Assembly: GCA_040954595.2 (NCBI GenBank)
Contig: CM082581.2
Coordinates: 984,699 to 1,048,698 of the forward strand
Direction of reading: 5' to 3'
DNA length: 64,000 bases
Source: Balanoglossus misakiensis
Taxonomy: Eukaryota; Animalia; Hemichordata
This document shows positions 50,588 through 64,000 of the stretch, in pieces. The notes under the pieces were generated by a model. That model saw only the letters and a list, made by a program, of their open reading frames with translations. It ran no database searches and had not been told where the DNA came from. The translations under genes and the position numbers were made by a program. Numbering within the stretch: position 1 is the stretch's first letter; every line of letters starts with the position of its first letter.

Positions 50588-53332
50588 AAGTTCATGTTGT
50601 GCCTGGCTGGAACGATTTTGTAAAAGAAAGTCACGACTATGCCCGTTCCATGTTTTTATTATGGGTTAATGTGGGTTAACCTAAACAAGGCCCGCTTTTT
50701 GAAACCATGAAATTTTCCAGAGCTCGTTTTTAGTATGCTTTACGTGCTTGTAAAAAGATTGAGAATCAAAATAGGGCTGACAAGATGGCTGATAATTTAC
50801 GCTGCCACAAACAGAACGACTTCTGGGAGGAAGTCAGAAAGCAAACTAGCAGAAAAACGCCGCTTTCTGACACTGTAGGTGGAGCGACTGGTGAGAGTGA
50901 AATTGCAATTATGTGGCACAAGCATTTCAGTGATATTTTGAATTCTGTCCAGGCTCAGACTGGTAAAAATGACATCGAGGAGAAAATGAAGTATGTTAAA
51001 TTTTCTTCTGATATGTATGTTTCTGAAGACGAAGTAATTTCTGCTATACATAAGTTACCTGATGGTAAGACAGCTGGCATTGACAATATTTTAGCTGAGC
51101 ACCTCAAATTCTCAGACTCCTCTATTTTACCCTTTTTGACTTGTTGTATTAATGCAATGATTGTTCATGGTTACCTGCCAACTGAGGCTATCAATGTTAA
51201 TTTAGTTCCAATTATTAAGGATAAAACTAAGCTTTGTAGTGATGCCAGTAACTACCGGCCGATAGCACTAGCAACTGTTTTCTCTAAAGTTTTTGAGCAT
51301 ATTTTACTTTCTCGTTATGAGGAGTTTCTTACCTCTCATTATTTACAATTTGGTTTCAAGCGAGAACATTCAACTGACCTGTGTTTATTTGCATTTAAAG
51401 AAATCATTAGCTACTACACCAGCAATGGAAGACCAGTGTTTACTTTTTTTCTGGTTGCTTCAAAAGCTTTTGACAGAGTTAATCACTTTAAACTGGTTAT
51501 AATTAACAAGCACATCGACAGGAATGTTCCCTTGTATGCTGTACGAATTTTATATTAATGGTACAGAAATCAATTGTTTACTGTGTTGTGAGGTAATGAA
51601 ACCTCAGAGTTGTTTTCTGTTTCTAACGGTGTAAGACAAGGGGGGGTACTCTCTCCCTATCTTTTTAATGTCTACATTGATGATATTATCAATGCACTCT
51701 GTAAAGCCAAAGTTAGCTGTACCATGTGTGGTGTCAGCGCTAACACTTTAGGTTACGCTGACGACATGACTCTACTCAGTCCAAGTATTAAGGGTCTACG
51801 CCGTCTTCTTAGAATTTGTGAAATTTACGGCAAGGATTATGATATCATTTATAATTCTAGTAAAACTGTGTGCATGCTTTTTAATGGGAAGAATATGAGC
51901 GTTCAAAGAATTCCTTCGATTAAACTTAATGACATCACTTTAAAGTTTGTACCTGTACACACCTATCTGGGCCATGTTATATCTTGTGATGGTTGTGATA
52001 ATGAAGATATTGAACGACAGAGAAGAGCATTTTGTGTAAGAGCAAACATGCTATTGAGACATTTTCAACATTGTAGTCAAGATGTGAAGAAAGTTTTATT
52101 TTTGGCATATTGTAGTAATATTTACTGTTGCAGTTTGTGGGCATCCTTTAAAGTTAAACCGATGAAAAAATTTAAAACTATGTACAATAATGTTTGCAGA
52201 AGATTTCTCGGTCTTCCGCCATTTTGCTGTGCATCGGGTATGTTTGCTACAAACCATGTACATGTATTGTCACTTGGTGAAGTTTTTAGACGCAATATGT
52301 ACAGTTTTAAGATGGGTCCCTGGGATCTTTTTGCTCGTTGCTGTGGGCCTTTATAGGACATTACACCCCGATTTGGACTAAGCCGTTTTCAGAGTCTAAC
52401 AAGGGGCTGGTAACTAGTTGAAAATCTGCACGATTATGTGCACACCCCCTGTCCGAGTATGTTTACGGCAGCTACCACCCGGCCATAGGCCGCCACGCTA
52501 ATACGGCAAAGCAGCGGTCAGCGATAGCGTGCGCGTCCTGTAACCACAGTAACTGGATCGAACGCTAAAAATCCAATGTTTTGTACACAGAGATTTTGTA
52601 CCGTTCACGAAAATCCCTAAGGCTTTTTTCATAGGCCACGTACGCCAGTCAAATTTGACCTGCTTGTTGAGAACGCACTTCCGCACAGTGTGACGGATCG
52701 TTTTTTCGGTTTTCGTCGTGCTAAGAAGCGATACCGGTGGAAGAGTGCGTCCAAAAACACCCAAAATCGATGACTTTTTCAGGTGTGGTACGGGTATGCT
52801 GAAATCTTAGGATACAACGATAATATTCGAAAACAAAATCCGTCACGATCTTCCCTGGTTCAAGCAACTAATGAATACGTATCAAGTTCGTTTTTGAGGT
52901 CACGGAATAAAAAGCCTTAGGCTTTTGAAATTTGACCTAGCTAATTTTCATATCAATGGCGTCAGGGGGCGCGCGCTCACAATCGTGCAGATTTTCAACT
53001 AGTTACCAGCCCCTTGTTAGACTCTGAAAACGGCTTAGTCCAAATCGGGGTGTAATGTCCTATAAAGGCCCATAGCAACGAGCAAAAAGATCCCAGGGAC
53101 CCATCTTAAGCGTAGACTCGAAAATTCTTCTAATGTTTTACTTGATGCGATCTGTTCATCAGATAGAGCGACTGACAGCATATTTTTCAAACATTGGCGA
53201 AAGCAATTGTATATCATGTAAGTTTTTTTGTGTGTGTGTCTCAGTGTCAGATTATTATTATTGTTTTTTTTTCTTCTCTCTTTTGGGTATATGGACTTTT
53301 TTTAAAGTCTGAAATAAAGAATTGTTATTATT
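50588..53332 (+). mobile_element. Non-LTR retrotransposon RT fragment, tandem copy 3
   Basis: ORFs 50785-51558 and 51610-52356; private change CFLD to FFLV in the RT motif. Confidence 0.9.
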
Positions 53333-53694
53333 TGTTAGCTGTTGCCATTCAAATGTGTCTACGCAAACCCGGCTACACTGGCAGTGGGCTTTGACTCTAA
53401 GTCGCTAATGTTGTGGGAGGTTTCATTAGCATTGTAGTCACATGTAGTGGATAGTAGTTTGGGAAATTGCCTGAAATACGTCAGCAGACCAGTGATTTTC
53501 TTGCACGAAGGGAGTTTGGTACCAGCAATAATCAGAGATCAGGCTTCGTTGCCGTTCAAAAGTTCCTACTTCAGTCGTGATGTTGCAACTGGACGTTCAG
53601 TATGGGGGTCGGCCCGCAGGTGGCCGTGTGGGTTATCAGGTCGCCCGTAACGGCACGCAGCTACATGCAGCTGTATGGGACCAAAATAATACAC

Positions 53695-56440
53695 AAGTTC
53701 ATGTTGTGCCTGGCTGGAACGATTTTGTAAAAGAAAGTCACGACTATGCCCGTTCCATGTTTTTATTATGGGTTAATGTGGGTTAACCTAAACAAGGCCC
53801 GCTTTTTGAAACCATGAAATTTTCCAGAGCTCGTTTTTAGTATGCTTTACGTGCTTGTAAAAAGATTGAGAATCAAAATAGGGCTGACAAGATGGCTGAT
53901 AATTTACGCTGCCACAAACAGAACGACTTCTGGGAGGAAGTCAGAAAGCAAACTAGCAGAAAAACGCCGCTTTCTGACACTGTAGGTGGAGCGACTGGTG
54001 AGAGTGAAATTGCAATTATGTGGCACAAGCATTTCAGTGATATTTTGAATTCTGTCCAGGCTCAGACTGGTAAAAATGACATCGAGGAGAAAATGAAGTA
54101 TGTTAAATTTTCTTCTGATATGTATGTTTCTGAAGACGAAGTAATTTCTGCTATACATAAGTTACCTGATGGTAAGACAGCTGGCATTGACAATATTTTA
54201 GCTGAGCACCTCAAATTCTCAGACTCCTCTATTTTACCCTTTTTGACTTGTTGTATTAATGCAATGATTGTTCATGGTTACCTGCCAACTGAGGCTATCA
54301 ATGTTAATTTAGTTCCAATTATTAAGGATAAAACTAAGCTTTGTAGTGATGCCAGTAACTACAGGCCGATAGCACTAGCAACTGTTTTCTCTAAAGTTTT
54401 TGAGCATATTTTACTTTCTCGTTATGAGGAGTTTCTTACCTCTCATTATTTACAATTTGGTTTCAAGCGAGAACATTCAACTGACCTGTGTTTATTTGCA
54501 TTTAAAGAAATCATTAGCTACTACACCAGCAATGGAAGACCAGTGTTTACTTGTTTTCTGGATGCTTCAAAAGCTTTTGACAGAGTTAATCACTTTAAAC
54601 TGGTTATAATTAACAAGCACATCGACAGGAATGTTCCCTTGTATGCTGTACGAATTTTATATTAATGGTACAGAAATCAATTGTTTACTGTGTTGTGAGG
54701 TAATGAAACCTCAGAGTTGTTTTCTGTTTCTAACGGTGTAAGACAAGGGGGGGGTACTCTCTCCCTATCTTTTTAATGTCTACATTGATGATATTATCAA
54801 TGCACTCTGTAAAGCCAAAGTTAGCTGTACCATGTGTGGTGTCAGCGCTAACACTTTAGGTTACGCTGACGACATGACTCTACTCAGTCCAAGTATTAAG
54901 GGTCTACGCCGTCTTCTTAGAATTTGTGAAATTTACGGCAAGGATTATGATATCATTTATAATTCTAGTAAAACTGTGTGCATGCTTTTTAATGGGAAGA
55001 ATATGAGCGTTCAAAGAATTCCTTCGGTTAAACTTAATGACATCACTTTAAAGTTTGTACCTGTACACACCTATCTGGGCCATGTTATATCTTGTGATGG
55101 TTGTGATAATGAAGATATTGAACGACAGAGAAGAGCATTTTGTGTAAGAGCAAACATGCTATTGAGACATTTTCAACATTGTAGTCAAGATGTGAAGAAA
55201 GTTTTATTTTTGGCATATTGTAGTAATATTTACTGTTGCAGTTTGTGGGCATCCTTTAAAGTTAAACCGATGAAAAAATTTAAAACTATGTACAATAATG
55301 TTTGCAGAAGATTTCTCGGTCTTCCGCCATTTTGCTGTGCATCGGGTATGTTTGCTACAAACCATGTACATGTATTGTCACTTGGTGAAGTTTTTAGACG
55401 CAATATGTACAGTTTTAAGATGGGTCCCTGGGATCTTTTTGCTCGTTGCTGTGGGCCTTTATAGGACATTACACCCCGAGTTGGACTAAGCCGTTTTCAG
55501 AGTCTAACAAGGGGCTGGTAACTAGTTGAAAATCTGCACGATTATGTGCACACCCCCTGTCCGAGTATGTTTACGGCAGCTACCACCCGGCCATAGGCCG
55601 CCACGCTAATACGGCAAAGCAGCGGTCAGCGATAGCGTGCGCGTCCTGTAACCACAGTAACTGGATCGAACGCTAAAAATCCAATGTTTTGTACACAGAG
55701 ATTTTGTACCGTTCACGAAAATCCCTAAGGCTTTTTTCATAGGCCACGTACGCCAGTCAAATTTGACCTGCTTGTTGAGAACGCACTTCCGCACAGTGTG
55801 ACGGATCGTTTTTTCGGTTTTCGTCGTGCTAAGAAGCGATACCGGTGGAAGAGTGCGTCCAAAAACACCCAAAATCGATGACTTTTTCAGGTGTGGTACG
55901 GGTATGCTGAAATCTTAGGATACAACGATAATATTCGAAAACAAAATCCGTCACGATCTTCCCTGGTTCAAGCAACTAATGAATACGTATCAAGTTCGTT
56001 TTTGAGGTCACGGAATAAAAAGCCTTAGGCTTTTGAAATTTGACCTAGCTAATTTTCATATCAATGGCGTCAGGGGGCGCGCGCTCACAATCGTGCAGAT
56101 TTTCAACTAGTTACCAGCCCCTTGTTAGACTCTGAAAACGGCTTAGTCAAAATCGGGGTGTAATGTCCTATAAAGGCCCATAGCAACGAGCAAAAAGATC
56201 CCAGGGACCCATCTTAAGCGTAGACTCGAAAATTCTTCTAATGTTTTACTTGATGCGATCTGTTCATCAGATAGAGCGACTGACAGCATATTTTTCAAAC
56301 ATTGGCGAAAGCAATTGTATATCATGTAAGTTTTTTTTTGTGTGTGTCTCAGTGTCAGATTATTATTATTGTTTTTTTTTCTTCTCTCTTTTGGGTATAT
56401 GGACTTTTTTTAAAGTCTGAAATAAAGAATTGTTATTATT
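53695..56440 (+). mobile_element. Non-LTR retrotransposon RT fragment, tandem copy 4
   Basis: ORFs 53892-54665 and 54832-55464. Confidence 0.9.
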
Positions 56441-57321
56441 TGTTAGCTGTTGCCATTCAAATGTGTCTACGCAAACCCGGCTACACTGGCAGTGGGCTTT
56501 GACTCTAAGTCGCTAATGTTGTGGGAGGTTTCATTAGCATTGTAGTCACATGTAGTGGATAGTAGTTTGGGAAATTGCCTGAAATACGTCAGCAGACCAG
56601 TGATTTTCTTGCACGAAGGGAGTTTGGTACCAGCAATAAGCAGAGATCAGGCTTCGTTGCCGTTCAAAAGTTCCTACTTCAGTCGTGATGTTGCAACTGG
56701 ACGTTCAGTATGGGGGTCGGCCCGCAGGTGGCCGTGTGGGTTATCAGGTCGCCCGTAACGGCACGCAGCTACATGCAGCTGTATGGGACCAAAATAATAC
56801 ACCCGATTCGGGGGTCACCTGTGACACCTGCGTAACTCAATAATTATGTGCATGCGTAATTGTGGGGTCAATGAAAGGGGTGGTAGCGTGGTATTTGTTG
56901 CACATGGATCAATATGAAGTCCGATTTTCCCGTCAAGTTGTGGGCGACCTTATGTGACCTTTCACCTACTTTTGCTTAGTGAGCATCTACAGAAGATGCA
57001 TGCAGCTTTGGCTTGGGGGGGGGGGGCATATACGGATGGGACCATAATGATATACCAAAGGCGGGGTCACCTGTTGCACCTGCCTAAGTCATTGATTTTG
57101 TACATTTAATTGGACACTAACCAACAGGGCGATAGGTGTGGTTTTTGTTCCACAGGGACGAATGTAAGTGTCAGTTGGTTTTTGCCCAAATGTATAAGGT
57201 GATTTTGATGACCTCTGTCATACAGTGCCATATCTCATCCCGTTGTACAGGTGCAGCTTTGGTATTTGGAGGGATGAAACTATCATGAAATGCCAAATAC
57301 AGGGGGATACCTTTGACACCT

Positions 57322-60300
57322 GCCATGATTTTTTTCAAAAATCGACGAAATTTTGAGATTTTGCAAAGTCGAAAATTTGTCATTTTTTGATGATTTTCAC
57401 CCGTCTTTTTTCAAAAATCGACGAAATTTTGAGATTTTGCAAAAGAGGAAAATTTGTCATTTTTTGATGATTTTCAACATTTTTTTTAAAAAATCGACGA
57501 AAATTTGAGATTTTGCAGTAAAAAAATTGTAATTTTTTGATGATTTTCACCGATGATTTTTTTCAAAATTGACGAAATTTTGAGATTTTGCAGTCGAAAA
57601 TTTGTAATTTTTTGATGATTTTCCCCCATGATTTTTTTCAAAAATCGACGAAATTTTGAGATTTTGCAAAGTCGAAAATTTGTCATTTTTTGATGATTTT
57701 CACCCATGATTTTCTTCAAAAATCGACGAAATTTTGAGATTTTGCAAAGTCGAAAATTTGTCATTTTTTGATGATTTTCACCCAATGTTTTTTTTTCAAA
57801 AATGGACGAACCCATGATTTTTTTCAAAATCGACGAAATTTTGAGATTTTGCAAAGTCGAAAATTTGTCATTGTCATGATGATTTTCAACCATGATTTTT
57901 TTCAAAAATTGACGAAATTTTGAGATTTTGCAGTCAAAAATTTGTCATTTTTTGATGATTTTCACCCATGATTTTTTTTCACAAATCGACGAAATTTTGA
58001 GATTTTGCAGTCGTAAATTTGTCATTTTTTAATGATTTTCCTCCATGATTTTTTTTCAAAAATCGACGAAATTTTGAGATTTTGCAAAGTCTAAAATTTG
58101 TCATTTTTTGATGATTTTCACCCATGTCTTTTTTCAAAAATCGACGAAATTTTGAGATTTTGCAAAGAGGAAAATTTGTCATTTTTTGATGATTTTCAAC
58201 AATGATTTTTTTTCAAAAATCGACGAAATTTTGAGATTTTGCAGTCAAAAATTTGTCATTTTTTGATGATTTTCAACAATTTTTTTAAAAAATCGACGAA
58301 AATTTGAGATTTTGCAGTAAAAAATTTGTCATTTTTTGATGATTTTCACCCATGATTTTTTCAAAATTGGCAAAATTTTGAGATTTTGCAAAGTCGAAAA
58401 TTTGTCATTTTTTGATGATTTTCACCCATGATTTTTTTTCACAAATCGACGAAATTTTGAGATTTTGTAGTCGTTAATTTGTCATTTTTTGATGATTTTC
58501 CCCCATGATTTTTTTCAAAAATCAACGAAATTTTGAGATTTTGCAAAGTCGAAAATTTGTCATTTTTAGATGATTTTCACCCGTCTTTTTTCAAAAAATC
58601 GACGAAATTTTGAGATTTTGCAAAGAGGAAAATTTGTCATTTTTTGATAATTTTCAACAATGATTTATTTCAAAAATCGACGAAATTTTGAGATTTTGCA
58701 GTCGAAAATTTGTCATTTTTTGATGATTTTCCCCCATGATTTTTTTCAAAAATCGACGAAATTTTGAGATTTTGCAAAGTTGAAAATTTTTCAAAAATCG
58801 ACGAAATTTATAGATTTTGCAAAGAGGAAAATTTGTCATTTTTTGATGATTTTCACCCATGATTTTTTTCAAAATTGACGAAATTTTGAGTTTTTGCAGT
58901 CGAAAATTTGTAATTTTTTGATGATTTTCACCCGTTTTTTTTTCAAAAATCGACGAAATTTTGAGATTTTGCAGTCGAAAATTTGTCATTTTTTGATGAT
59001 TTTCACCCATGATTTTTTCAAAATTGACGAAATTTTGAAATTTTGCAGTCGAAAATTTGTCATTTTTTGATCATTTTCCCCATGATTTTTTTCAAAAATC
59101 GACGAAATTTTGAGATTTTGCAAAGTCGAAAATTTGTCATTTTTTGATGATTTTCACCCTTGATTTTCTTCAAAAATCGACGAAATTTTGAGATTTTGCA
59201 AAGTCGAAAATTTGTCATTTTTTGATGATTTTCACCCATGATTTTTTTCAAAAATCGATGAAATTTTGAGATTTTGCAGTAAAAAAATTGTCATTATTTG
59301 ATGATTTTCGACCATGATTTTTTTCAAAATTGACGAAATTTTGAGATTTTGCAGTCGAAAATTTGTCATTTTTTGATCATTTTCCCCCATGATTTTTTTC
59401 AAAAATCGACGAAATTTTCAGATTTTGCAAAGTCGAAAATTAGTCATTTTTTCATGATTTTCACCCATGATTTTTTCAAAAATCGACGAAATTTTGAGAT
59501 TTTGCAAAGTCGAAAATTTGTCATTTTTTGATGATTTTCACCCATGTCTTTTTTCAAAAATCGACGAAATTTTGAGATTTTGCAAAGAGGAAAATTTGTC
59601 ATTTTTTGATGATTTTCAACAATGATATTTTTTCAAAAATCGACGAAATTTTGAGATTTTGCAGTAAAAAATTTGTCATTTTTTGATGATTTTCAACAAT
59701 TTTTTTAAAAAATCGACGAAAATTTGAGATTTTGCAGTAAAAAAATTGTAATTTTTTGATGATTTTCACCGATGATTTTTTTCAAAATTGACGAAATTTT
59801 GAGATTTTGCAGTCGAAAATTTGTAATTTTTTGATGATTTTCCCCCATGATTTTTTTCAAAAATCGACGAAATTTTGAGATTTTGCAAAGTCGAAAATTT
59901 GTCATTTTTTGATGATTTTCACCCATGATTTTCTTCAAAAATCGACGAAATTTTGAGATTTTGCAAAGTCGAAAATTTGTCATTTTTTGATGATTTTCAC
60001 CCAATGTTTTTTTTTCAAAAATGGACGAACCCATGATTTTTTTCAAAATCGACGAAATTTTGAGATTTTGCAAAGTCGAAAATTTGTCATTGTCATGATG
60101 ATTTTCAACCATGATTTTTTTCAAAAATTGACGAAATTTTGAGATTTTGCAGTCAAAAATTTGTCATTTTTTGATGATTTTCACCCATGATTTTTTTTCA
60201 CAAATCGACGAAATTTTGAGATTTTGCAGTCGTAAATTTGTCATTTTTTAATGATTTTCCTCCATGATTTTTTTTCAAAAATCGACGAACTTTTGAGATT

Positions 60301-63300
60301 TTGCAAAGTCTAAAATTTGTCATTTTTTGATGATTTTCACCCATGTCTTTTTTCAAAAATCGACGAAATTTTGAGATTTTGCAAAGAGGAAAATTTGTCA
60401 TTTTTTGATGATTTTCAACAATGATTTTTTTTCAAAAATCGACGAAATTTTGAGATTTTGCAGTCAAAAATTTGTCATTTTTTGATGATTTTCAACAATT
60501 TTTTTAAAAAATCGACGAAAATTTGAGATTTTGCAGTAAAAAATTTGTCATTTTTTGATGATTTTCACCCATGATTTTTTCAAAATTGGCAAAATTTTGA
60601 GATTTTGCAAAGTCGAAAATTTGTCATTTTTTGATGATTTTCACCCATGATTTTTTTTCACAAATCGACGAAATTTTGAGATTTTGTAGTCGTTAATTTG
60701 TCATTTTTTGATGATTTTCCCCCATGATTTTTTTCAAAAATCAACGAAATTTTGAGATTTTGCAAAGTCGAAAATTTGTCATTTTTAGATGATTTTCACC
60801 CGTCTTTTTTCAAAAAATCGACGAAATTTTGAGATTTTGCAAAGAGGAAAATTTGTCATTTTTTGATAATTTTCAACAATGATTTATTTCAAAAATCGAC
60901 GAAATTTTGAGATTTTGCAGTCGAAAATTTGTCATTTTTTGATGATTTTCCCCCATGATTTTTTTCAAAAATCGACGAAATTTTGAGATTTTGCAAAGTT
61001 GAAAATTTTTCAAAAATCGACGAAATTTATAGATTTTGCAAAGAGGAAAATTTGTCATTTTTTGATGATTTTCACCCATGATTTTTTTCAAAATTGACGA
61101 AATTTTGAGTTTTTGCAGTCGAAAATTTGTAATTTTTTGATGATTTTCACCCGTTTTTTTTTCAAAAATCGACGAAATTTTGAGATTTTGCAGTCGAAAA
61201 TTTGTCATTTTTTGATGATTTTCACCCATGATTTTTTCAAAATTGACGAAATTTTGAAATTTTGCAGTCGAAAATTTGTCATTTTTTGATCATTTTCCCC
61301 ATGATTTTTTTCAAAAATCGACGAAATTTTGAGATTTTGCAAAGTCGAAAATTTGTCATTTTTTGATGATTTTCACCCTTGATTTTCTTCAAAAATCGAC
61401 GAAATTTTGAGATTTTGCAAAGTCGAAAATTTGTCATTTTTTGATGATTTTCACCCATGATTTTTTTCAAAAATCGATGAAATTTTGAGATTTTGCAGTA
61501 AAAAAATTGTCATTATTTGATGATTTTCGACCATGATTTTTTTCAAAATTGACGAAATTTTGAGATTTTGCAGTCGAAAATTTGTCATTTTTTGATCATT
61601 TTCCCCCATGATTTTTTTCAAAAATCGACGAAATTTTCAGATTTTGCAAAGTCGAAAATTAGTCATTTTTTCATGATTTTCACCCATGATTTTTTCAAAA
61701 ATCGACGAAATTTTGAGATTTTGCAAAGTCGAAAATTTGTCATTTTTTGATGATTTTCACCCATGTCTTTTTTCAAAAATCGACGACATTTTGAGATTTT
61801 GCAAAGAGGAAAATTTGTCATTTTTTGATGATTTTCAACAATGATATTTTTTCAAAAATCGACGAAATTTTGAGATTTTGCAGTAAAAAATTTGTCATTT
61901 TTTGATGATTTTCAACAATTTTTTTAAAAAATCGACGAAAATTTGAGATTTTGCAGTAAAAAATTTGTCATTTTTTGATGATTTTGACCCATGATTTTTT
62001 CAAAATTGGCAAAATTTTGAGATTTTGCAAAGTCGAAAATTTGTCATTTTTTGATGATTTTCACCCATGATTTTTTTCAAAAATCGATGAAATTTTGAGA
62101 TTTTGCAGTAAAAAAATTGTCATTTTTTGATGATTTTCACCCATGATTTTTTTCAAAATTGACGAAATTTTGAGATTTTGCAGTCGAAAATTTGTCATTT
62201 TTTGATCTTTTTCCCCCATGATTTTTTTCAAAAATCGACGAAATTTTCAGATTTTGCAAAGTCGAAAATTTGTCATTTTTTCATGATTTTCACCCATGAT
62301 TTTTTCAAAAATCGACGAAATTTTGAGATTTTGCAGTCGAAAATTTGTCATTTTTTGATGATTTTCACCCATGATTTTTTTCAAAAATCGACGAAATTTT
62401 GAGATTTTGCAAAGTCGAAAATTTGTCATTTTTTGATGATTTTCACCCATGATTTTCTTCAAAAATCGACGAAATTTTGAGATTTTGCAAAGTCGAAAAT
62501 TTGTCATTTTTTGATGATTTTCACCCATGATTTTTTTCAAAAATCGACGAAATTTTGAGATTTTGCAAAGTCGAAAATTTGTCATTTTTTGATGGTTTTC
62601 ACCCATGATTTTTTTTCAAAAATCGACGAAATTTTGAGATTTTGCAAAGTCGAAAATGTGTCATTTTTTGATGATTTTCACCCGTTTTTTTTTCAAAATT
62701 TGTCATTTTTTCATGATTTTCACCCATGATTTTTTTCAAAAATCGACGAAATTTTGAGATTTTGCAAAGTCGAAAATTTGTCATTTTTTGATGATTTTCA
62801 CCCATGATTTTTTTCAAAAATCGACGAAATTTTGAGATTTTGCAAAGTCGAAAATGTGTCATTTTTTGATGATTTTCACCCATGTTTTTTTTTTTAAAAT
62901 CGACGAACCTATGATTTTTTTCAAAATCGACGAAATTTTGTGATTTTGCAAAGTCGAAAATTTTGTCATTTTTTGATGATTTTCAACCATGATTTTTTTT
63001 CAAAAATTGACGAAATTTTGAGATTTTGCAAAATCGAAAATTTGTCATTTTTTGATGATTTTCCCCCAATGGTTTTTTTCAAAATCGACGAAATTTTGAG
63101 ATTTTGCAAAGTCGAAAATTTGTCATTTTTTGATGATTTTCCCCCATGATTTTTTTTCAAAAATGGACGAAATTTTGAGATTTTGCAAAGACGAAAATTT
63201 GTCATTTTTTGATGATTTTCACCCATGATTTTTTTTCAAAAATCGACGAAATTTTGAGATTTTGCAAAGTCGAAAATGTGTCATTTTTTGATGATTTTCA

Positions 63301-64000
63301 CCCGTTTTTTTTCAAAATTTGTCATTTTTTGATGATTTTCACCCATGATTTTTTTTCAAAAATCGACGAAATTTTGAGATTTTGCAAAGTCGAAAATGTG
63401 TCATTTTTTGATGATTTTCACCCATGATTTTTTTCAAAAATCGACGAAATTTTGAGATTTTGCGAAGTCGAAAATTTGTCATTTTTTGATGATTTTCACC
63501 CATGATTTTTTTCAAAAATCGACGAAATGTTGAGATTTTGCAAAGTCGAAAATTTGTCATTTTTTGATGATTTTCACCCATGATTTTTTTCAAAAATCGA
63601 CGAAATGTTGAGATTTTGCAAAGTCGAAAATTTTGTCATTTTTTGATGATTTTCAACCATGATTTTTTTCAAAAATCGACTAAATGTTGAGATTTTGCAA
63701 AGTCGAAAATGTGTCATTTTTTGATGATTTTCACCCGTTTTTTTTTCAAAATTTGTCATTTTTTCATGATTTTCAACCATGATTTTTTTTCAAAAATCGA
63801 CGAAATTTTGTGATTTTACAAAGTCGAAAATTTTGTCATTTTTTGATGATTTTCAACCATGATTTTTTTTCAAAAATCGACGAAAATTTGAGATTTTGCA
63901 AAGACGAAAATTTGTCATTTTTGATGATTTTTACCCATGATTTTTTTTCAAAAATGGACGAAATTTTGAGATTTTGCAAAGACGAAAATTTGTCATTTTT
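57322..64000. repeat. AT-rich ~76-78-bp satellite with phased T/A tracts and a 2219-bp higher-order repeat; runs off the window end
   Basis: Unit cccatgatttttttcaaaaatcgacgaaattttgagattttgcaaagtcgaaaatttgtcattttttgatgattttca; rare variants recur at +2219 (ORF-track pairs 57486/59705, 58654/60873, 59349/61568). Confidence 0.97.

Larger units (their letters stand above)
44373..56802 (+). repeat. Macrosatellite: 4 tandem copies of a 3107/3108-bp unit (LINE fragment, nested MITE and flank)
   Basis: Units 44373-47480, 47481-50587, 50588-53694, 53695-56802; junction ...aataatacac|aagttcatg...; only a handful of differences between copies. Confidence 0.97.

Noticed and set aside
44373-56802. Active tandem retrotransposon array (telomeric HeT-A/TART-like) or LTR element
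   Set aside because: All copies share inactivating stops and a nested MITE, start mid-ORF and include non-LINE flank; no LTRs, gag or integrase.
57486-63780. Lys/Phe-rich ORFs in the AT-rich satellite
   Set aside because: Translations of a 78-bp repeat, frameshifted constantly by homopolymer length changes.

Overview
AT-rich eukaryotic (metazoan) genomic DNA; the repeat families suggest a marine invertebrate, which is an inference. The window is dominated by repeats. (1) 1-13.2 kb is a patchwork of decayed interspersed repeats, including an internally deleted piggyBac element with transposase remnants, a TTAA-flanked MITE, an L2-type LINE 3' fragment and a 50-bp minisatellite. (2) 13.2-21.65 kb is an 8.4-kb satellite built from 90-bp and 74/75-bp units with higher-order duplications. 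(3) 22.5-42 kb on the minus strand carries 16 recognisable exons of an uninflatable (uif)-like receptor gene (C-type lectin, 3 CUB, 4 Sushi, 2 EGF). It has a nonsense codon, a mutated splice acceptor, a frameshift, a lost donor and an apparently missing LDLa exon, and no exons are seen beyond the satellite, so it is most likely a truncated pseudogene. Its introns are full of MITEs. (4) 44.4-56.8 kb is four tandem ~3.1-kb copies of a dead non-LTR retrotransposon fragment, each carrying the same nested 795-bp TTAA MITE with 125-bp TIRs. (5) 57.3-64 kb is a ~78-bp T-tract-phased satellite with a 2219-bp higher-order repeat. No intact protein-coding gene, RNA gene or CRISPR array is supported, and I found no clear new biological system; the most unusual items are the LINE-derived macrosatellite and the two-unit satellite.
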